This document shows, one piece after another, positions 30,069 through 38,949 of a stretch of 64,000 nucleotides of DNA. Position 1 is the first letter of the stretch. The number at the start of each line of letters is the position of its first letter. Under the pieces are notes generated by a model. The model worked only from the letters and a program-made list of their open reading frames with translations, did not search any database and had not been told where the DNA came from. Origin of the DNA: Gaiellaceae bacterium (GTDB lineage Bacteria; Actinomycetota; Thermoleophilia; Gaiellales; Gaiellaceae); contig DASXOM010000051.1 in the NCBI GenBank assembly GCA_036494245.1, positions 1,512 to 65,511 of the forward strand. Reading direction: 5' to 3'. The position numbers and the translations under genes were made by a program.

Positions 30069-30085
30069 CCTCAGCCTCGCCTCAG
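30069..30085. promoter_or_regulatory. Two CCTCAG repeats at 11-bp phasing (reverse complement of the 28399-28426 motif)
   Basis: Copies at 30069-30074 and 30080-30085, 56-72 nt upstream of the ATG at 30141. Confidence 0.35.
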
Positions 30086-30140
30086 CGTCAGTAGCCACGC
30101 TCCTCGCCGACCGAGTACTCCTCGCGTGAAAGGAGTAGCG

Positions 30141-30797
30141 ATGCGCGCGAAGCTCATGCTGGCGGCAGCCTTCCTTTTGGCTGCGGCAGCTGTGACGGAG
30201 GTGGCGGCGGCCGGGAGCGGACCAGTGCAGGTGGTGCTGAGCGCACCGGCGATCGACCTCTATCACTCCGCTTCGGTTCGGGTGAGCGGGATCACCGCTC
30301 ACTCGGCACAGGTGCGCCCGGTCGGGGCGATCGACCGCGCCGGATTGGCGTACAAGTGGAAGCCGTATCGTTGGCGGGCGCTCCGGGCCCGGGACGGCAC
30401 CTGGCACGGCCAGCTGCCGGCCCCACCGCTCTTCGGCATCTACCGACTGCAGCTGCGCTTCGACCGCGGCCGGAAGGTTCTCTCGTCCCCTAGTTGGCTG
30501 CTGCGTGTGTTTCCCCACGGAACGATGGCTCGCCGGCCATCTCCGACGGGCCTCGCCGCCGTCCGCGGCTACGTAGCCCATCTCCCGGGCCACCAGACTC
30601 TGGTCGCGTTGAGACGGTGGCCTCTGGCGAGCTTCGACCACCGGGACCCGCGGCTGAACCGGCTCTTCGTGATCGCGTACGCACCGCGAGGCGACAAGCG
30701 GCGGAGCTCACGGCTCGGCCGGTTCGTCACCACGGTTCGCGACGGCTACCACGGCCGCTGGCGCATCCTCCAGGCCACGACGCAGCCATACGACTGA
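30141..30797 (+). CDS. Secreted hypothetical protein
   Basis: ATG at 30141 with AGGAG 5-9 nt upstream. Signal peptide MRAKLMLAAAFLLAAAAVTEVAAA. Confidence 0.55.
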   Translation: MRAKLMLAAAFLLAAAAVTEVAAAGSGPVQVVLSAPAIDLYHSASVRVSGITAHSAQVRPVGAIDRAGLAYKWKPYRWRALRARDGTWHGQLPAPPLFGIYRLQLRFDRGRKVLSSPSWLLRVFPHGTMARRPSPTGLAAVRGYVAHLPGHQTLVALRRWPLASFDHRDPRLNRLFVIAYAPRGDKRRSSRLGRFVTTVRDGYHGRWRILQATTQPYD

Positions 30798-30805
30798 GGA
30801 GCGGG

Positions 30806-30839
30806 CGGTGAGGCGGGCACTGGTATGCCCGCCTCACCG
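30806..30839. terminator. Bidirectional terminator hairpin between convergent genes
   Basis: Perfect 14-bp stem CGGTGAGGCGGGCA / TGCCCGCCTCACCG with a 6-nt loop. Confidence 0.6.
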
Positions 30840-30854
30840 GTGTGCGGTCGTGGG

Positions 30855-32045
30855 CTAGTTGACGACGATGCCGGAGGGGTGAGCGCCGCCGGGGCCGGCG
30901 ATGGCTACGAGCGGCGTGAGCGTGCCGCCGTCGACGTTGAAGCCGGTGACGGCGTTGGTGCCCGACTCGACGACCCAGAGGGTGTGGCCGTCGGGGGAGA
31001 GCCGTGCGTCCTCGGCGCCGGCGCCGATCTGGCCGGGACCCGTGCTCTGGAGGAAGGTGAGGTTGCCGCCGGCGTCGATCGAGTAGCTGGAGACCGAGGC
31101 TGAGGCGGTGTTGACGGCGAAGAGGAAGCGGCCGTCGTGGCTGATCTCGACCCAGCAGGCTGCACCGCCGTCGTTGGCGACCGGGGCTCCCACCGCGGTC
31201 AGAGTGCCGTCGGCGCCGTCAAGGAAGCTGGAGACGAGGCCCGGGAAGGCGCCGCCTCCTCCTGCGGTGTGCGCGTCTGAGACGAACAGCTGATCCGGGC
31301 TCGTCGGGCTGAACTCGGCCCCGAACTGGCCGTAGCCCTGCGGCGGCGAGAACGACTGCGCGTCGAACGGCGAGCCGGCGGCCGGAGTCAGCAGCCCGTC
31401 GTGGCCGACGGTGAAGCTGTCGATCTTGGACGTCGCGATGCGCGTGCCGGCGACCTTTGTGCCGTCCCGGTTGAACAGCACCTGGCCCGGCTGCGAGTTG
31501 TTCGGAAGCGCATAGGTCGAGTCGGGAATCGCCAGCAGGTGGCCGCCGTCGTTGAGCCGGAAGCCGGTGTAGTTCGTGTCTCCGGCGTTGCTGCCGGGGC
31601 CTGCGTTCGCGACGTAGACGAGGTCGCGGTGGACTCCGATGCTGACCGGATTGATGCCGTTCGAGGCGACCGGCGAGCCGGCGGCGGCTTGGAGCGAGCC
31701 GTCGGGCTTGACCTTCAGCACCGAGATCTGGTTGCTGCCGGCGTCGACGGCGAGCAGGTAGCGGCCGTCGGCGCTCAGCTCCAGCGAGCCCTGCGATGCG
31801 TCCGCATGGCCGGCGCCCGAGCCGCCGGCCGCGAATGGCGACCCAGGGATCGCGGTCAGGCTTCCGTCGGCGTGACGGTCGAAACCGGCGACGGTGTTGA
31901 TCGGTGCTGTGTTGTCGTTGACGTAGACGTGTCCGACGACGCTGGATCCGTGCGGCGCGGCCGGCGAGGCGGCAGCGCCGCTCGCCACCACGACCGAGCC
32001 CACGACCGCGGCCGCGAGTAGACCACCGAGGCGAAACGCTCTCAT
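30855..32045 (-). CDS. Secreted lactonase-type 7-bladed beta-propeller protein
   Basis: ATG at 32043-32045 after GGAGG. Signal peptide MRAFRLGGLLAAAVVGSVVVASGAAA. Repeated blades (S.DGR.L.A.., NQISV, DG.L). Resembles 6-phosphogluconolactonase/YVTN-type proteins. Confidence 0.65.
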   Translation of the reverse strand: MRAFRLGGLLAAAVVGSVVVASGAAASPAAPHGSSVVGHVYVNDNTAPINTVAGFDRHADGSLTAIPGSPFAAGGSGAGHADASQGSLELSADGRYLLAVDAGSNQISVLKVKPDGSLQAAAGSPVASNGINPVSIGVHRDLVYVANAGPGSNAGDTNYTGFRLNDGGHLLAIPDSTYALPNNSQPGQVLFNRDGTKVAGTRIATSKIDSFTVGHDGLLTPAAGSPFDAQSFSPPQGYGQFGAEFSPTSPDQLFVSDAHTAGGGGAFPGLVSSFLDGADGTLTAVGAPVANDGGAACWVEISHDGRFLFAVNTASASVSSYSIDAGGNLTFLQSTGPGQIGAGAEDARLSPDGHTLWVVESGTNAVTGFNVDGGTLTPLVAIAGPGGAHPSGIVVN

Positions 32046-32166
32046 CCTTGGACCTCCTGGAGACTGGCACGGGGCCGATTCCCCGCGCACCACCCGACGG
32101 TCGCAGCCGTCCCTCTCGCGGCGCTTACGCGCCGATTAACGATTGGTTAAACGTCCGCCGTGGGCA

Positions 32167-32994
32167 TCAGTGCGACCATTGGGTCTCGGGGCGCTCCTGT
32201 GCCAGGTCGTCGATCTCGAGATCGACGCGCTCGTTGAAGAAGCAGATCAGGTCGCGGATCGCCTCGCCGTCGCGGTCCGGCTCGGGATAGGCCCAGGCCA
32301 GGTCCTCGTGGCGCCTGTCGCCGGTCCGCACATGCCAGTAGGACGCGAGTCCCTTGTACGCGCAGCGCGTCTTCTTCTCGCTCGGCTCGAGGAGCTCGAT
32401 CCGCACGTCCTCGGCAGGGAAGTAGAAGCGCGGCGGGAGGCCGGACTCGAAGAGCGCGATCGCCCGGGTGCTCTCGGCGATCGGCTCGCCGTCGACCGAG
32501 ACGCGCACCGCGCGGCTCGTGCGGTACGTATCGATGCGGTGGTAGGGATCGCGTGGGTGCCCGAACACCTGCTCGTCCTCGACCCACCACTCGTCGAGCT
32601 TCCCCCAGTAGAACGCAGCGTGCCCGGCGAGGAACGCCGCCGGCGCGATCGGCTCCGGATAGGTCCAGACCGCGTCCGGCTCGAGGCGGTCACCGACGCG
32701 AAGCGAGCGGTACGACGCCTCCCCCTTGTGCGGGCACCGCGTGTGCTTGTCGCTCGGCTCGAGCAGGTCGTCTCGGAGGTCTTGCTCTGGGATGTAGTAC
32801 ACAGCCAGGTGCGCGGTCTCGTACAGGAGCTTCGCCTGGAGCGTGTCGAAGACCGTCTCGCCCGCGAAGAGGCCGCGCAGCCGGTACGGCACCGGGTCGA
32901 AGTAGAGAACGGCGCCCGTCGGCGGGTCGGGCGTGAAGTTGAAGCTGCCTGCGGGCCGGTGGCCGAACGGCCCGGTGCCGGACGTGAGCCCCAT
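32167..32994 (-). CDS. Tandem DUF427 domain protein
   Basis: Two internally similar halves, each ending in a ...T.C..KG.ASY... motif (HTRCPHKGEASY and KTRCAYKGLASYW) followed by AW.YPEP. Confidence 0.7.
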   Translation of the reverse strand: MGLTSGTGPFGHRPAGSFNFTPDPPTGAVLYFDPVPYRLRGLFAGETVFDTLQAKLLYETAHLAVYYIPEQDLRDDLLEPSDKHTRCPHKGEASYRSLRVGDRLEPDAVWTYPEPIAPAAFLAGHAAFYWGKLDEWWVEDEQVFGHPRDPYHRIDTYRTSRAVRVSVDGEPIAESTRAIALFESGLPPRFYFPAEDVRIELLEPSEKKTRCAYKGLASYWHVRTGDRRHEDLAWAYPEPDRDGEAIRDLICFFNERVDLEIDDLAQERPETQWSH

Positions 32995-33022
32995 CGCGAA
33001 ACCCTGCCAGTCGCAACCAGGG

Positions 33023-34174
33023 CTATGCGGTGCCGCGTGAGCTCAGGATGCGATTCCAGAGCTGGTCGCCGCCGACGGCCAGGCAGCCGTCCACCACCGC
33101 ATCTTCGCCGAGGGCGCTGGGTCTGACTTCGGGAACGATCGGCGAGAGCTCCGCGAGCCGGGCGCGCACTGCCTCGGCGAAGCCGGGCGCCCGGCCGATG
33201 CCGCCGCCGAGCACGACCAACTCCGGGTCGACGACCGCGACGATCGCCATCAGCGCGCGCGCCACGATCGCCGCTTCCGCTGCGACGACTTCGCGCGCGC
33301 TGCGGTCGCCTGCCGCTGCCGCGGCGAAGACGGCGCGAGCGCTGCGCAGCAGCGACCCGGCTTGCCGTGCGGCAGCGACGACGGCGGCTGCCGACGCGGC
33401 AGACTCGAGCGAGTCGTCGTCGAGCGGCAGGAACGCGATCTCCCCGGCCGCGCCGTGGGCACCGCGGTGGAGCTCGCCGTTCAGGACGAGCCCCATCCCG
33501 ATTCCGGTACCGACGGAGACGAACGCGAAGGTTGAGAAGTCACGGCCGTGACCGTGGTCGCGTTCGGCGACCGCGGCGGCGTCGACGTCGTTCTCGATCG
33601 TCGTCTCGCCGAGCAGACGGCGGAGGTCGCGCAGAACTGCCGGCTTTTCCCACCCCGGCAGGTTGGGCGCGAGCTCGAGGGCGCGGCCGTCGGGCTCGAC
33701 GATTCCCGGGCTGCCCACCACCGTGTGCAGGAGGCCGCCGTCGCCGCCGACGCCCGCCTCCTCCAGCAGCTCGCGGGCAAGCTTGCCGAGCTCGCGCACG
33801 CGCGACGGGCCGCTCGAGGACCGCGCGGCCTGGCTCCGGCGTGCGCGCACGGTACCCGCCAGATCCGCGACGGCGCCGCGGACGAACTCCCGCCCGACGT
33901 CGAGCCCCAGCACAAATCCTGCGTCGCTGCGGATCTCGTATAACGACGCGCTTCGCCCCCGTCCGCCCACCCGACGGCCGGCGTGCTGCACGAGCTCGTC
34001 ACGCTCGAGGTTCGTCAGGGTGAGGGCGACGGTCGGCTTCGAGAGCCCGGACACGCTCACGAGCTCGGCTCTGGACACCGGCCCGTTGCCACGCATCTGT
34101 TCGAGCAGCAGCTGCTCGTTGAGCGTGCGCATCAACCTGGGGCGGGCCGCCCCGGTGGCCGTGGTCGTCGTCAC
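33023..34174 (-). CDS. ROK family transcriptional regulator
   Basis: GTG start. N-terminal wHTH (VSRAELVSVSGLSKPTVALTLTNLERDELV) plus ROK sugar-kinase fold (LGLDVG, GIGMGLVLNGELHRGAHGAAGEI). Confidence 0.85.
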   Translation of the reverse strand: MTTTTATGAARPRLMRTLNEQLLLEQMRGNGPVSRAELVSVSGLSKPTVALTLTNLERDELVQHAGRRVGGRGRSASLYEIRSDAGFVLGLDVGREFVRGAVADLAGTVRARRSQAARSSSGPSRVRELGKLARELLEEAGVGGDGGLLHTVVGSPGIVEPDGRALELAPNLPGWEKPAVLRDLRRLLGETTIENDVDAAAVAERDHGHGRDFSTFAFVSVGTGIGMGLVLNGELHRGAHGAAGEIAFLPLDDDSLESAASAAAVVAAARQAGSLLRSARAVFAAAAAGDRSAREVVAAEAAIVARALMAIVAVVDPELVVLGGGIGRAPGFAEAVRARLAELSPIVPEVRPSALGEDAVVDGCLAVGGDQLWNRILSSRGTA

Positions 34175-34197
34175 AGGCTTGTCACGAGGATAAAGAT

Positions 34198-34210
34198 AGG
34201 TTAGTTTCCT
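34198..34210. promoter_or_regulatory. Operator-like AT-rich box AGGTTAGTTTCCT
   Basis: Sits in the 124-bp divergent ROK/SBP intergenic region, 24 nt from the ROK GTG. Lies in the only AT-rich patch of the region. Confidence 0.3.
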
Positions 34211-34298
34211 AATTCATGGAAGGGGCTTGGTTGCGCGGCCTGCTCCGCGCATCGCTCAACGCGAGGACCGCCGACCGGCGGCCGGGGAGGAATCTGAG

Positions 34299-35966
34299 AT
34301 GAGACGAGGGCTCGTCGTTCTGCTGCTCGCCGGAATCACGGCGGCCGCCTGGACCGCAGTTGGCAGCGAGGCCGGCACGAAAAGCTCGGCCGGCGGGACG
34401 TCGGTCACGATTGCGAACGTGGCCGGCATGAGCTGGACCTGCAACTTCAACCCGTTCAACAGCACCGTCCAGTTCCTCTCGTTCGGGTCGGTGTACGAGG
34501 AGCTCGTGTTCGTGAACGAGCTCAAGAGCGGCGCGCCGACACCCTGGCTCGCGTCGAAGTTCGTGTGGTCGAACCACGCCAAGACACTCACCTTCACGAT
34601 CAGGAACGGCGTCAAGTGGTCGGACGGAAAACCGCTCACGGCGGCCGACGTCCTCTTCACCTTCCAGCTCCTCAAGAAGCACAAGGCGCTCGACCTCCAG
34701 GCCGTGTGGTCCGTGCTGAAGAGCGTGAGCCGGAAGGGAAGCAACCAGGTCGTCTTCAAGTTCAAGTCCCCGGCTGCGCCCTACTTCTACTACGTCGCCG
34801 GCCAGACCCCGATCGTGCCGAAGCACGTCTGGTCGAAGGGCGCGGCGGCGAAGGATCCGGTCCGGTACACGGACAAGAACCCGATCGGCAGCGGCCCGTA
34901 CACGGTGACCTCGAGCACCTGCAACGCGCAGCGGATCATCTACGCGAAGAACGCGCACTACTGGCAGAAGGGCAAGCCGAAGATCGACACCGTCGTCTAC
35001 CCGGCCTACACCGACAACCCGCCCGCCAACCTCGACCTCGCCACCGGGCAGGACCAGTGGGGCGGCCAGTTCATCCCGAACATCAAGACGTACTACACCT
35101 CGAAGAGCAAGGACAACCACTACTGGTTCCCGCCGGTCGCGAACGTCTCGATCTTCATCAACCTCAAGAATCCGATCCTCAAGAACGTTGCCGTTCGCCG
35201 TGCCATGGCATATGCGATCAATCGGCCGCACGTCGCCAAGCTCGGCGAGTCCGGCTACGAGCCTCCGGGAAACCAGACGGGGATCGTCTCGCCCACGTTC
35301 AAGAGCTGGCAGAGCAAGAAGCTCGCGAAGAAGATCACCTACGACCCGAAGAAGGCGAAGCAGATCCTCACGCAGGCGGGCTTCAAGCTGAAGAACGGCG
35401 TCTTCCAGACGACGTCCGGCAAGCCCCTCTCCTTCACGATGATCAATATCAGCGGCTACACCGACTGGATCCAGTCGGCCAGCATCGTCCAGGACGAGCT
35501 GAAGGCCATCGGAATCAAGGTCACGCCCCAGAACATCTCCGGCAACGCGTATGACGACGCGACCTTCAACGGGCACTTCCAGCTCGCCTACGACGGCAAC
35601 GAGGCAGGCGGTCCGAGCCCGTACTACGAGATGCGGCAGGAGCTCTACTCGAAGAACTCCGCGCCGATCGGACAGCAGGCGTCCTCGAACTGGGAGCGCT
35701 ACTACAACAAGAAGGCCGACAAGCTCATCGAGTCGTACGCGAAGACGACGAGCCTCTCTAAGCAGCGCTCGGTCGTGAACCAGCTCGAGGGGCTGATGGT
35801 GCAGGACGTTCCGATCATCCCGGTCACCGAGGCCGTCGACTTCTACCAGTACAACACGAAGTCGATGACCGGCTGGGTCACTCCCGGGAACCCGTATGCG
35901 AAACCGTCGCCCTACGAGGTCCCGGACTGGGGCGTCGTCCTCACCCACCTGAAGCCCAAGGGATGA
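34299..35966 (+). CDS. ABC substrate-binding protein, family 5 (Dpp/Opp type)
   Basis: ATG at 34299 after GGAGG. Signal peptide MRRGLVVLLLAGITAAAWTAVG. Family-5 body (SWTCNFNPF, PVGSGPYT-like PIGSGPYTV). Confidence 0.9.
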   Translation: MRRGLVVLLLAGITAAAWTAVGSEAGTKSSAGGTSVTIANVAGMSWTCNFNPFNSTVQFLSFGSVYEELVFVNELKSGAPTPWLASKFVWSNHAKTLTFTIRNGVKWSDGKPLTAADVLFTFQLLKKHKALDLQAVWSVLKSVSRKGSNQVVFKFKSPAAPYFYYVAGQTPIVPKHVWSKGAAAKDPVRYTDKNPIGSGPYTVTSSTCNAQRIIYAKNAHYWQKGKPKIDTVVYPAYTDNPPANLDLATGQDQWGGQFIPNIKTYYTSKSKDNHYWFPPVANVSIFINLKNPILKNVAVRRAMAYAINRPHVAKLGESGYEPPGNQTGIVSPTFKSWQSKKLAKKITYDPKKAKQILTQAGFKLKNGVFQTTSGKPLSFTMINISGYTDWIQSASIVQDELKAIGIKVTPQNISGNAYDDATFNGHFQLAYDGNEAGGPSPYYEMRQELYSKNSAPIGQQASSNWERYYNKKADKLIESYAKTTSLSKQRSVVNQLEGLMVQDVPIIPVTEAVDFYQYNTKSMTGWVTPGNPYAKPSPYEVPDWGVVLTHLKPKG

Positions 35967-36004
35967 GGGACTGAGGCAGAGTTCACCGGCATGAGGCGCG
36001 GGTC

Positions 36005-36988
36005 GTGAGGTTCATCCTTCGCAGGCTCGGGTTCTTCGTGGTCACGCTCTGGGCGGCGATCACGCTGAACTTCTTCATCCCGCGCCTGATGCCGGGCAAC
36101 GCGGCGGAGGCGATGATGACCCGCTTCCACGGGCACATCAATCCGCAGGCTCTGCACGCCCTCGAGGTCGCGTTCGGCGTCAAGGCGCACCAGAGCCTCG
36201 TCAGCCAGTACTTCAGCTACCTCGGCAACACCTTCCGCGGCCGCTTCGGGATCTCGCTCACGTTCTTCCCGGATCCGGTGATGAAGGACGTGCTCCAGGC
36301 GCTGCCCTGGACGCTCGTGCTCGTAGGCGTGACGACGATCCTCGCCTTCGTGCTCGGGACGATGATCGGGCTCGTGGGAGCCTGGCGGCGCGGAGGGCTC
36401 ATGGACAGCGCCATGCCGCCGATCTTCGTCATCACGTCGGCGTTCCCGTACTTCTGGATCGCCGGCATTGCGATCTGGCTCTTCTCGCTCAAGCTCAACT
36501 GGCTGCCGCACGGCGGTGGCTACGACCCCATCGACACCCCGGCCTGGACGTGGCACTTCGCGCACGACGCGCTTGTGCACGCGATCCTGCCGGCGCTCAC
36601 GATCCTCGTCACCGCGATCGGCGGCTGGATCCTGACCATGCGTAACAACACGATCTCGGTGCTGACCGAGGACTACGTGCGCATGGCGCGCGCGAAGGGT
36701 CTAAGGCCCTGGCGGATCATGTGGACCTACGCGGGGCGGAACGCGATTCTGCCGAACCTCACCGGGTTCGCGATGTCGCTCGGCTTCGTCGTCGCCGGCG
36801 CGATTTTGGTCGAGTACGTCTTCAACTATCCGGGTGTGGGCTACTACTTCCTCGACGCGGTGACGAACGAGGACTACCCGCTCATGCAGGGCCTCTTCCT
36901 GCTGATCACGGTCGCGGTGTTGACCGCGATCCTCGCCGCCGATGTGGCGACAGCCTTCCTCGATCCGCGGACGCGGGACGTTTCATGA
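36005..36988 (+). CDS. ABC permease (DppB/OppB type)
   Basis: N-terminal FILRRLGFFVVTLWAAITLNFFIPRLMPG is typical of this family. 6 TMS. Confidence 0.9.
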   Translation: MRFILRRLGFFVVTLWAAITLNFFIPRLMPGNAAEAMMTRFHGHINPQALHALEVAFGVKAHQSLVSQYFSYLGNTFRGRFGISLTFFPDPVMKDVLQALPWTLVLVGVTTILAFVLGTMIGLVGAWRRGGLMDSAMPPIFVITSAFPYFWIAGIAIWLFSLKLNWLPHGGGYDPIDTPAWTWHFAHDALVHAILPALTILVTAIGGWILTMRNNTISVLTEDYVRMARAKGLRPWRIMWTYAGRNAILPNLTGFAMSLGFVVAGAILVEYVFNYPGVGYYFLDAVTNEDYPLMQGLFLLITVAVLTAILAADVATAFLDPRTRDVS

Positions 36989-38949
36989 GTGCCTCCTCGG
37001 TCGGGGCGACGGACCAGCTCGCCACTCCTCCGGCCGGGCCTGCGCCGATGGTCGCCGAGGGTCGGCAAGGCCGCTGGGGCGACCTCTGGCGTGCGGTCAG
37101 CCGCAGCAAGAAGGCGGTCGTCGGCATGCTCATCCTGCTCTTCTTCACGGTCCTCGCCGTCTTCCCGGGCCAGATCGCCCCGTACAGCCCGACCGCGAAG
37201 ATCTTCCCGCCGGCGCTCGGCCCGTCCTCGCAGCACTGGCTCGGCACCACCACCGTCGGGGAAGACATCTTCTCGCAGCTCATCTGGGGCACCCGGCTCT
37301 CGCTCGTGATCGCACTGGCCGTCGGCGCGGTCGCCACGATCCTCGCGGTCCTCGTGGGCGTCTCGGCGGGATACCTCGGTGGAGCGACCGACGGCTTCCT
37401 CTCGCTCGTCACCGACGTGATTCTCGTCCTACCGATCTTCCCGCTCATCATCGTGATCGCCGCCTACGAGAAGAACGCCGGCCTGCTCACGCTGATCGTC
37501 GTGCTGGGGGTGCTCGGCTGGTCGTACGGGGCGCGCCAGCTCCGCTCGCAGACCCTGTCGCTGCGGAGGCGCGACTTCCTCGAGTCGGCGCGCGTGCGAG
37601 GGGAGCGGAGGTCGTACGTGATCCTGCACGAGATCTTGCCGACGATGACGTCGCTCATCGTGGCGACCTTCCTCGGCTCGGCGGTCTACGCCGTCCTCAC
37701 CGCGGCGGGGCTGCAGTTCATCGGGCTGGGCGACTCGAGCAGTCAGAGCTGGGGGACGATGCTGTATTGGGCGCAGACCAACGAGGCGCTGATTGCGGGC
37801 ATGCCGCTCTGGGCGATCGCACCCGGCGTCTGCGTGGCGCTCCTCGGCGCGGCTTTCGCGCTCCTCAACTACGCGTTCGACGAGATCAGCAGCCCGGCCC
37901 TGCGCGTCCGCAAGCTGGACCGGACGCGGCTGCCGAAGCTCGAGCCGCCACACGAGCTCGCGGAGCCGGTCTCGTCAGAGGAGGGGACGATCCTCAGGGT
38001 CGAGGACCTCACCGTGGCCTACGCCGCGGATGCGGGCCCGGTCGTCGCGGTCGACCATGTCGATCTCGAGCTGGCCCGCGGCGAGTTCCTCGCCGTCGTC
38101 GGCGAGTCGGGGTGCGGGAAGTCGACGCTCCTGTACGCGATCGCGCGCCTGCTCGGGGCGCCGATGGCCGGCGAGATCGTCGGTGGGCGCGTCCTCTTCC
38201 AGGGCCGTGATCTCGTTCTGCTCGAGGAGAAGGAGCTTCGCGCCGTGCGCTGGCGCGACCTCTCCGTCGTGATGCAGAGCGCGATGAACGCACTCAACCC
38301 GGTGCTGACCGTGGCCGAGCAGATGCGCGACGCCTGCCGGGCCCACTCCAATTGGTCGAACGCGGAGATCGAGGTCCGCTCGCGCGAGGTGTTGCGGCTC
38401 GTCTCCATCGATCCGCTGCACCTGCACAGCTATCCGCACCAGCTCTCGGGAGGGATGCGGCAGCGCGCGATGATCGCGATGGCGCTGCTCTTCACCCCCG
38501 AGCTCATCATTATGGACGAGCCGACCTCGGCGCTCGACGTCGTCGCGCAGCGCTCGCTGATGATGCAGATCAAGGAGCTCCAAGAGGAGCTGGGGTTTGC
38601 GGTGATCTTCGTGACGCACGACATGTCGCTAGTGAGCCACTTCTCGGACCGGCTGCTCGTGATGTACGCAGGGCAGGTCGCGGAGCTGTCCAAGACGAGC
38701 GAGCTGTTCGACCGGCCGCTCCATCCCTACTCGCAGGGGCTGCTCGCGGCGTTCCCCTCGCTCCGCGGCCCCAGGGTGCAGCTGACGGGCATTCCCGGCT
38801 CGCCGCCGAACCTGGCAAAACCGCCGCGTGGCTGCCGGTTCGCGCCGCGCTGCCCGAGCGCCGAGTCGCGCTGTACCGCCGCCGAGGTACCCCTCTACTC
38901 CGTCAGCGGGAGCCTCGTGCGTTGCGTCCTGATGGAGGACGCCTCGTGA
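36985..38949 (+). CDS. Fused ABC permease (DppC type) / ATP-binding protein (DppD type)
   Basis: ATG at 36985 overlaps the upstream stop. One uninterrupted 654-aa frame holds the permease (HWLGTTTVGEDIFSQ, EAA-like ESARVRGERR), then Walker A GESGCGKST, LSGGMRQRAMIA, IIMDEPTSALD and an oligopeptide-type C-terminal CRFAPRC. Confidence 0.9.
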   Translation: MSASSVGATDQLATPPAGPAPMVAEGRQGRWGDLWRAVSRSKKAVVGMLILLFFTVLAVFPGQIAPYSPTAKIFPPALGPSSQHWLGTTTVGEDIFSQLIWGTRLSLVIALAVGAVATILAVLVGVSAGYLGGATDGFLSLVTDVILVLPIFPLIIVIAAYEKNAGLLTLIVVLGVLGWSYGARQLRSQTLSLRRRDFLESARVRGERRSYVILHEILPTMTSLIVATFLGSAVYAVLTAAGLQFIGLGDSSSQSWGTMLYWAQTNEALIAGMPLWAIAPGVCVALLGAAFALLNYAFDEISSPALRVRKLDRTRLPKLEPPHELAEPVSSEEGTILRVEDLTVAYAADAGPVVAVDHVDLELARGEFLAVVGESGCGKSTLLYAIARLLGAPMAGEIVGGRVLFQGRDLVLLEEKELRAVRWRDLSVVMQSAMNALNPVLTVAEQMRDACRAHSNWSNAEIEVRSREVLRLVSIDPLHLHSYPHQLSGGMRQRAMIAMALLFTPELIIMDEPTSALDVVAQRSLMMQIKELQEELGFAVIFVTHDMSLVSHFSDRLLVMYAGQVAELSKTSELFDRPLHPYSQGLLAAFPSLRGPRVQLTGIPGSPPNLAKPPRGCRFAPRCPSAESRCTAAEVPLYSVSGSLVRCVLMEDAS

